DNA from: Isurus oxyrinchus
Lineage: Eukaryota
Direction: 5' to 3'
Assembly (NCBI GenBank): GCA_026770705.1
Contig: JANJGN010000034.1
Span: 3,348,001 to 3,412,000, forward strand
Length of the DNA stretch: 64,000 nucleotides
The notes under the pieces: model-generated
Seen by the model: the letters and a program-made list of their open reading frames with translations, nothing else
What the model was told of the DNA's origin: nothing
The model's database searches: none
Position numbers and translations under genes: made by a program
Shown: positions 40,401 through 49,400 of the stretch, one piece after another
How positions within the stretch are numbered: the first letter of the stretch is position 1
How the letters are laid out: the number at the start of each line of letters is the position of its first letter

Positions 40401-43400
40401 CTTAGCGCTGATAATATGAGACATTTCTTCACGCAGCGTGTTGTGAATCTTTCGAATTGTCTACCCCAGACAGAGGTGGAATCTCAGTCATTGAGCATGT
40501 TTAAGGTGGAGATTGAAACATTTCTGATTAACAATAATGCAAAGGTTTATGTGAATGTAATGCATTAAAAGGCATTGAAGTGTTTGCTCAGCCATGATGG
40601 TGTTAAATGACAGAGCAGTCTCGGTGGGCTGAATGGCCTTCTCTTGTTCGCATGTTCATATGAACAGTTTTCAACATTTTCCGGCCACATTACTTTTATT
40701 GTCATTATTTCATATTACATTTCTTTGTGTGTGTGTTTGTAGCTTAAACCTCTTTATATTTCTGGACGGATGCATTCTAGTATTCTTTATATTCCTTGTA
40801 GTCCTCCGTTGTCCTGTCGCATTTAAAATTCTACCTCCCTCTTCACTGGTACTATGCAATAGGAACAATCTTCTTATTTTCTCATTCTACATGTTGGTGC
40901 AAGGTTCCCTGCAAATTTATTTTAAACCTTCACAGACATATCAGTAAACTCCCCCGTGGCGATACCATTGGAATCCTGTTCCATTGAAATCCATCACTTT
41001 TGAAAATGAGCCTCCTGCCCCAGACTGGTTCCAGTACTCCAAGAATCTGAAGACCTTGTGCCTGCAGCCGATCTGATGCAAACATTCATCCTTTCTATCT
41101 TCCTTTTTGAAAATATGTTAATGCAATTATTGGGATTAATACAGAAACTAATGCCTTCAAAGTTCAATGCTTTATAATTGCTTCTTAACTTCTGAATATC
41201 TAACCATGGAAACACAATACTGTCCATGACTTTGGGCACTTTACCCTTCGCCGGAAAAAAATAATATGTTTTGAAGCATCTGCGTAATGCCCTCTAACCT
41301 GACATGAATAATGAAACACATTATGCAGAAATCAGGAAGACCGTAACAGAAATGCAACCCTGTCCAGCTGATTCGTATGATGAGCTCATCTCCATCCTTT
41401 GCTGTCCACTCCTGTACAGTCTGCAACAATGATTTGGACGTGCAGAACAAATGTATTGTTTCCACGTTTGTTGATGGCAAAAAATACTAAGTTGTAATGT
41501 CAGATATAAGGAGGATTCAACGAGCTTTCCAGGGGGCTTAGGCAGCTTAAGTGATTAGGCATTTGCAAATGGCAAATCCTGTGTAGAATGTTGTTACCCA
41601 ATTTGGCTGGAAGAATAGAATTGCAAAGTCACGTGTAAGTATAAGAACAGACCTTTAGCAGTTACTGGCAATTGTTTTTCAGATAAAATAAACAATGTAT
41701 TTTCACTAAAGTTTACCTATTTCTTTTGCAATAACCGATTTGCCTGTAGAGAAGCGTAGAGTTCATCACAATAATGGTGACAATTGCTGAAATGTATCAA
41801 ATTAACTTAGCATGAATTTTTGTAATTCGCTCTAAACAACATCGTGTATAATAAAGAGGAATTCTGCTGCTTTTCTTTTTGATCATGTAAAACACACAAG
41901 TTCAGTTGAGATGCAATCTATTATATGAAGACAGTATGCATTGTAAGCACAAGCTTATTCATTTCATCAGCGCATATCTTACAAATTTCTTCAGAATGCA
42001 CTGAAACAAAATAAATACGGATTGTCCTTTAAACATAACAATGGGACCAATTTGTGAAGGGGCTAGATTTCTGTGACAGAGGGAAAGAACAAGGGTTTAT
42101 TATGAAAATGTATCATCATTTTCTAATGGCGCTCATTGTCACTGTACGAGGGTTGGGGGCGTGGGTGCAGGGTTTTATATGGACAACTGATTCAGTTGGT
42201 CTCTGTAAACTTTGACTGTATTATCAAAACATATTACGGAACACTGCAGCTGTTCATTAAACCTGTTTGCTGTCGCAAGATCGCTCTGGCATCCTGAGAG
42301 GATCTCCAGTTTATTTCTTCAATTGTAAGGAACATTTCCAATGTGCTGTTCGGGACCTTGTGCAGACTTTCTTCCAACCATGAGAGAGATGAACGTGTGA
42401 ATTTAATTTTCATTAGAGCGGGACCATCCAACGAGCTGCTTTAATGTTTTGCTAAAGTCTAATTGCCCAATGTGACAATCTTTATTTGATTTCATTATTT
42501 AAGTCATTTACTGTAGATATGCAGGCTGCTTAAGCACTGAATGTCTGACAAGTTTTCTCACAATTTAGAAACCGTGCTGGATTCAATAGTTTTGTTGATT
42601 TCCTACTGTTTACTGTGTTTCAAATTATGAAATAGTGGACTTTTTGAATTTTCTTTCCTATATCCATTCATGCCGCATTTTGGTATTTCTGTCAAATATA
42701 CATATCTCCTGCTTCGTCGGCACTTCTCCCATTGGACTGCAGACCACAGAAGTTAACTTTCTTTCTCTCCTGTGAATTTGTATTGTTACCCATTCTATGC
42801 TGCAACTCTCCTTCAAATCTGTCGTTAGCAGCAATCTCCTCAATGACAACAGCCCTTGATAGTATCCCAAATTATCTTCCTCTCCAAAATCCTTGATCAT
42901 GTTAAAACAGAGAATTGCGGGTCCATCCTTCCACACACTCCATACTTGCAACCCTCTAATGAAGGTTCTACACGTCAACAGAACCGGAATTGCTCGCATC
43001 AAAGCCTCAAGGGACACACTGTTTGACTATGACAAAGATACAGTATCCCTGCTCCACTTTCCATACCGGCCAGCAGCAACTTTCGTGCTTGATTATACTG
43101 TCCTTATCGAAAGAATCTCCAGCAAGGTGATTCTAAATGATATTTCACTTCCCATGTGTTAATCTTTCATATCCAGTTATGGTCGTAATGTTATTTGTAA
43201 TGATTTTTCTTTCCCAAGATAATCTCTTAACTCTGTTCTCAACCAAGGCAGAATTTTTGCTCCCCACTGCATCCCTTTTGCTAATCAACATTCTACCCCC
43301 TGATGTCACCATATGAAAATGCTGAGTACATTTTCAGATTTTCGTTAATGAAACACATTCAATATTATTCAACCGCCCACACTATTGAATACTTCATATT

Positions 43401-46400
43401 GTCAACATTTCGAAACCACTTGTAAACTATTTAATGCTGAATGATCAGGCATATCCACTGTAAATTACCTTAAAAAATGAAATCACTGTTTTTGACCCTT
43501 GTCACAAATTCTGGTCTTGCTCCAGCAAAACTAAACTTTCCCTCGCAATATTTGCAGCATAACCAATGCAATTATCTAGCTTGCCGTCCTGTTTCATACA
43601 TGATTACATCCTTGAGAATTGTAGAGAGAAGAGGCATGTCATAGCACATTGTTGTGCGCTCATCATGAAACTTCGCAAAAAAAAAAGTACATTGTATTAG
43701 GAGAGACTGCTGATGTATTTGCAAGTGGACTCTGACTGTCAGAAGCATTGCCATGGAGAATAAACTAATTGATTTTGAATGCCAGTTAAATGCCAGGCAT
43801 TGCTTGAAATTTAAACTAGGCAGCTTGAACGTCATTCTTCAAGGTATTGCCTTAAGGAATGATTCAGTTAATGAATGTCACATATTTTCTATTGCTGAAA
43901 CAGGTGCAATAAATAACAGCAGAATTGGGGCCTGGCTGTAGATGTGCATAACTCATTGAATGTGGAAGGAGAGGTGAGAGAGAAGTTCATAATGCAGAAA
44001 ACACCCTGTGCTTTATTAATAGGGGCATAGAGCACAAGAGCAGGGAATTTATTCTGAGTTGATATGAGGAACCAGATTGACCTTGGCTGGAATATAGAGT
44101 ACAGTTCTGAGTGCTGCACTCTATGAAGAACGCAAACACATTGGACACAGGTCAAAAGAGTTTTAAAATAATTAGAATAGTTCCAGTGATGAGAAACTTC
44201 AGCTATGAAGATGGATCGATAGATTAGGACTGTATTGTTTGGAGAGCAGAGGGTACGTGGAGGTTTAATAGAGTTGTTGAAAATCATGAAGGCAGCTCAA
44301 TAGAGTAGATTGGCAGAAAATGTTCCCATTCGTAAAATTACTGAGAACGAGTTACCACATGTTTAAAGTGATTTGCAAATGAAGAAAATGTGATGTGCAA
44401 AATATTTTTTTCGCACAGCGTTTGATTCCAGATTGGAATGGAATGCCTAGAAGGATTTTAGTGGCAGTTGCTATGGAGGCATTCTAGACGGAATTGGACA
44501 ATTATCTGAATATAAACAAAGTGCAAAGACACGGGAAAAAGCAGGAAAATGGCTCTAATTCATAATGCTCACTCGAAGATCCTGTTGAGGCACGATGGGC
44601 CAAATGCCCTGCTTCTATGTCGCAACATTCTATCTGTCTGTGAATACATCATTGGAGGAGAACAGTGTTTGACATGTGAGGAAGTTTCAGCAAGCAGGAC
44701 TAATCAAGTGGACCACTCAAACCACCTAGCCAATGTGTGACTGGTGAAAATAACCCGTTCTGCGCTATATTATGACGTGATTCCTGAACTAGTAAGGTCC
44801 TTGCATGGCAACAGTAAATTCGGATGTATAAATCTTTGCACTGTAGCCCAAGATTTCCCTTCCTGAGGCCTCCTGACTGCTTATTAGACCTGCGGCAATA
44901 ACTGAGAATCTGTTTGATTTGGACATCTCCTGTCTTTCGTTCTGTTGCATGTACTTAATCGATCATTGCTAGAAAGATTCTGATCCCTTTTCATACATGA
45001 AGTTGCAGTTTGCAATGGAATAGAAAGATGGCCATCCGAAGAAAACACCTGAGTGAATACATTTGTCTCAGGCTTTTCGAGTTTGTCTTGCAATTTCCAC
45101 TGGTCTTCACAGAACTGAAGTTTCCAACATAGCATATAGTCATCAATACTTATGATAACACCCAGGACCAATTTTCACCATTGGGAATCACTTTATTCTA
45201 ATTCATGGCTGAATAATAAAAGGCTGTAGTACCAAATCCGTCCAGCTGTTCTCCTGCCGTTTGACGATCGTTTCACAGCTCTCCAGACGCGTGGAGGAAG
45301 AATATTTCCACAAAATCACATGATGTCTTCACTTACCCAAGTCGTTAATTAGTTTCTCGAGTTCTGCAAATGTAAGAACTGAATGTTGGCGGAGAGAAGG
45401 TCAGCACAGAATGGAAAATTCACATCCATTCTTCGCTTTTACATGTAGTCACGTTAGAAGGATGCATCAAAGGTGTGACACATGAATCCACCGTTATTGT
45501 ATGGCGACTGCCAATTAATCAATTGAAATATGATTCTGATCCGTTTCTGTTGCAGATTCTAAACGAAGTTGAATTTATTTCAAATGCATTCAATTGCTAT
45601 TAATAGATTGTGCTGTGGCACAGAACCAGTCTAACCAGTTGTCAATGGAAACCACAGGTATGCATGGTTCTGCATTGCAACAACTACTAACTTCACTCCT
45701 GTTTACGTCAGTTAAATCTCCTTGTCCTTACCCTGATGGTCCTGTTTCCGTCTTTTATTGTCTACACTTCATATTCACACTCCAATTTCATTGATTGATG
45801 GCAGATTTTGTGATGGTTCTTTTGTAAGAAGGAAAACGGGCATATTTCTAGTCAGCCTAACCGAGGTACTTTACAGAAAATAGTTATGAGATTGCGCCAC
45901 CAACAGATGATTCTTGAGCATTTTAAAACAATACTGGACATGTGATGTTGTCGCCATAATAAAGTGTCAAAACCGTTTTTGTAGATGCTGCAACTCTCCC
46001 ATCCGAGACCTTCCAGCATGATCGTTGGTGCCAGGCCATGACAGGAAACAAAATAGAGCCATTGGATGTTGTACTCGGTTATCATTTGAAATCGTGGAAA
46101 TTAACGTGGATGCATATTTGTGACGAATATTGGGGTGGTGAAATACATGTTTTGTAACAATTGAAAGTAGGCTATTAACTCATTCGCTTTTCACACGTGT
46201 CAAACGATTGTCCACTTTCTTGCCTTCAGTATGACTCCAGCAGTCCTTGTTTTTTTTTCTTTAATATGACATAGGCATCACAGGTAAGGCCAGCATTCGT
46301 TGCCCTTCCATAAATGCCCTTGAACCGAATGGTTTGCTAGGCCATTTGAGAGAGCAGTTACAATCAAACAAATTGCTCTGGGTTTGGAAACATATGTAAG

Positions 46401-49400
46401 CCAAAACGGACAAGGAAGAGAGATTTCACTCCTCAAACTATATTAGTGAGCCAGTTGTTTTAATTTTCTTCTTCTATAATAATCGATAATAGCGTCATGG
46501 TCACCAGTGATAGTACTTATGTTACAGGTTTATTAATTGAATTTAAATTCCACCAACGGTGATAATGGGAAACATTTCCACAAGGTATGAGCATAGAGGT
46601 ATGGAATGCTACTCCCGTAATATTACCACTGCACAAGCATCATCTCCAACTGTTGATGTCAGCAAAGTGGAGAAGGAAACAAACAAATAACAAAAAATAC
46701 CCTAAAATGACCTAGTCGATAATGCAGTAAGTCCCCTCACATGGAGATATTACTGTTACCTTGCATGTTTACACCTTCGCATTGCCCTATAAGGCAAAGG
46801 AAAAAGTTAAGTATGCATATAAGCAAACGGAATTTACTGCATGCATTGCGATATAACCTATACCGTTGTTTATTGTTTAAAAAATAAATTTAGCTCTCAC
46901 AACATCATTCATCTGGCACTATCAGTTCAGTTTTATACCCTGCAGCCTCATATACTTATTAAATCCCCAGAGACATCCTGAACTAATTGCCTTGCTTTAC
47001 GCTTCCACTTTCTGACAGCTCTCTGCGTAATGTGGGCTCGCCAAGATTTCTTATTCAATTCCTAAAATACGGAACAACTAGAAAAACACACAAACTGTGG
47101 ATGCTGGAAACCTGAAACAAAAACATAAATGGCTGGAAAAACTGAGGAAGCCTGACAGGATCTGTGGAGGGGGAGACAGAATTAATGATTCGAGTCCGTA
47201 TGACTCTTCATCAAGACTAAAGAAAAAATAACTGATGCGAAATATATGCTTTTAGAGGGGGATGGGACAGGTGGAGCTGTATAGATGGCCTTTGATAGGG
47301 GGAAGCAAAGAAGAGATTGCCAAAGGTGCCATAGACAAAATGACAAGGAGGTGTTGCTGGTGGTGATATTAATTGAAGGATGTGGTAATGGTGACATTAA
47401 AGGTGGAAAGCAGACTTTCAAGTGACAGATGGCCATAGTGGAGGTGGGCAAGTGGAAGGGACAGAAATAGGCCAAAAGCTCGAGATAAAACAATGGATGG
47501 AAATACATTTAAAATAATAATGGAAATAGGTCAGAAAAGAAAAATGTATTAAAAAAATATATAAATATTTTTTTAAAAAAGAGGAATGGAACGAGGTGCC
47601 GGTGAAGATGAGAGTTCATGATGTGCAGTTGGTGAACACAAGGTCTAATGTAATTTTCTTCTCCCAACAATTTCTATTATTATTTTTAATGTTTTTCCAT
47701 CCATTGTTTTATCTCTGCAATTTAGCATATTTCAATTCGTCGTTGGCCTTTTGTTGATGACATCTTTGAAATCTCTCCTTTGCCTCCACCTATCACTGGC
47801 CCTCTATGCAGCTCCACCAGTCCAATTTCCCTCTAAAAATTATATTTTACCCCATTTATATTTCTCATTAGTTCTGACGAAGAGTCATGCATTCTTCCTC
47901 TCCTCAGATGCTGTCAGGCCTGGAGAGCTTTTCCAAGCATTTTTGTTTCTGTTTTTGATTCAGAGCAACTAGTTGTCTCTATGCAAACATTCATGATTTT
48001 CAGCACCATGATTATAACCATTCGTTATTTTTCTCTTCTCACACTGCTAGGTGCAAAAAGAAAATGAGCTAAAGAGATACTTGTCATCGATTGAAAGATG
48101 AATTTTATTGAGGCATAGTTTTTACATCTATCACAAAAATGTGCTGCTTTCTTCATTGTGTTTTATTTTTGCGCAGCTACTAATCTCAGTATTCTGACAT
48201 GAAGCTCTCAGAAAAAAAACCCTTCCTAGCCCGTGCAGAAATGTCAGGCTCAGCATTTAACTCAGCTGCTCAACTTTCGATTAAAATAATGATCTATTCA
48301 GTTTCACCGCATCTCAGGAAAAAATAAACTAAATGCTTGAATGTGCTCTTGATGTGTAAGAAACTGCATTCTCACAGAATTAAAGCTGGAATGGGGGATT
48401 CACATCGAGTGCCACGTCTTTATTTTTTTCCGCTGGCACAGGCATAATCAGCCACATAAAAGAATGATTCGCTTTTGAATCATAAATTTAATGATTCGAT
48501 TTTTCGACGACTGGTATATTGTATTTTAACCAAACGTCGCTGAATGCTTGCTGCTCTATATCAACTTCTACATTCTGCATGTATGAGAGTCGTTGAAGTT
48601 CAGGAATATGGGTGACTTTTGCAAGTGCACAAAAACCAAGGGCGGGAGCATGTTGTAGGATTTACAGGGAGATGGGAAATGGAAGGCAAGCCATAAATGT
48701 TCACAAATATTGGGAAAGAGTTGGAACGAATATCGGAAGAAAATTTTCTATTGTAGTTCTCCACTGAGAAACATGCATTGCATTAACAGACATTATCAGA
48801 ATTCTATAACCGATAGGATTTAGCACATGTACAGAGCACCAAATCTTCGTAAACATTCAAATATATATGATGCTTTGTATTTTTACTCACCTGAGTTAAA
48901 AGTCATCTTCAGCCTCTCCACCTCTGAAATGGATAATAAAATGCATTTCTGACGTGGAAATGCCAGTTAGTGTTAAACTGGTATTTTACATCACCCAATA
49001 TATTTTCAAAATTTAGTTTTGAAAGGATTGACCAAGAATCTGGGGCGGGAAGTGTGCAATCTGAACTACTGTGTTCCTGCATTAATTCCAAACCTGAGTT
49101 ATACATTTAGGAAAATGAAGGTTTAAAGTCAATTATTCTCACTATTATGCTTAACTTCAAGAGTTTCCGAATACGTTTTGGCAAATCAAGCAAATATTTC
49201 CAACTTTGAGCCTCTGCATAGTTTTTATCTGAACTGGAAGCCAGACAGTTCAGGCTGAAATGGGTTAACCAGTAGGATCCTAACTTCAGATGATCGGATA
49301 TGTGAGGGAAACAAATTTTGTTTCTGTTACTGCGCTATTATTGGCTTCACCTTGTTTCTTTGGGCATGACTGGTTGTGATTCGACATTTCTTGTGCTTGT

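Noticed and set aside
44884-45171. 95-aa minus ORF with AG and GT ends near exon 45337
   Set aside because: Splicing in phase 1 gives an immediate stop (GTT CTG TGA); weak donor; no recognisable domain.
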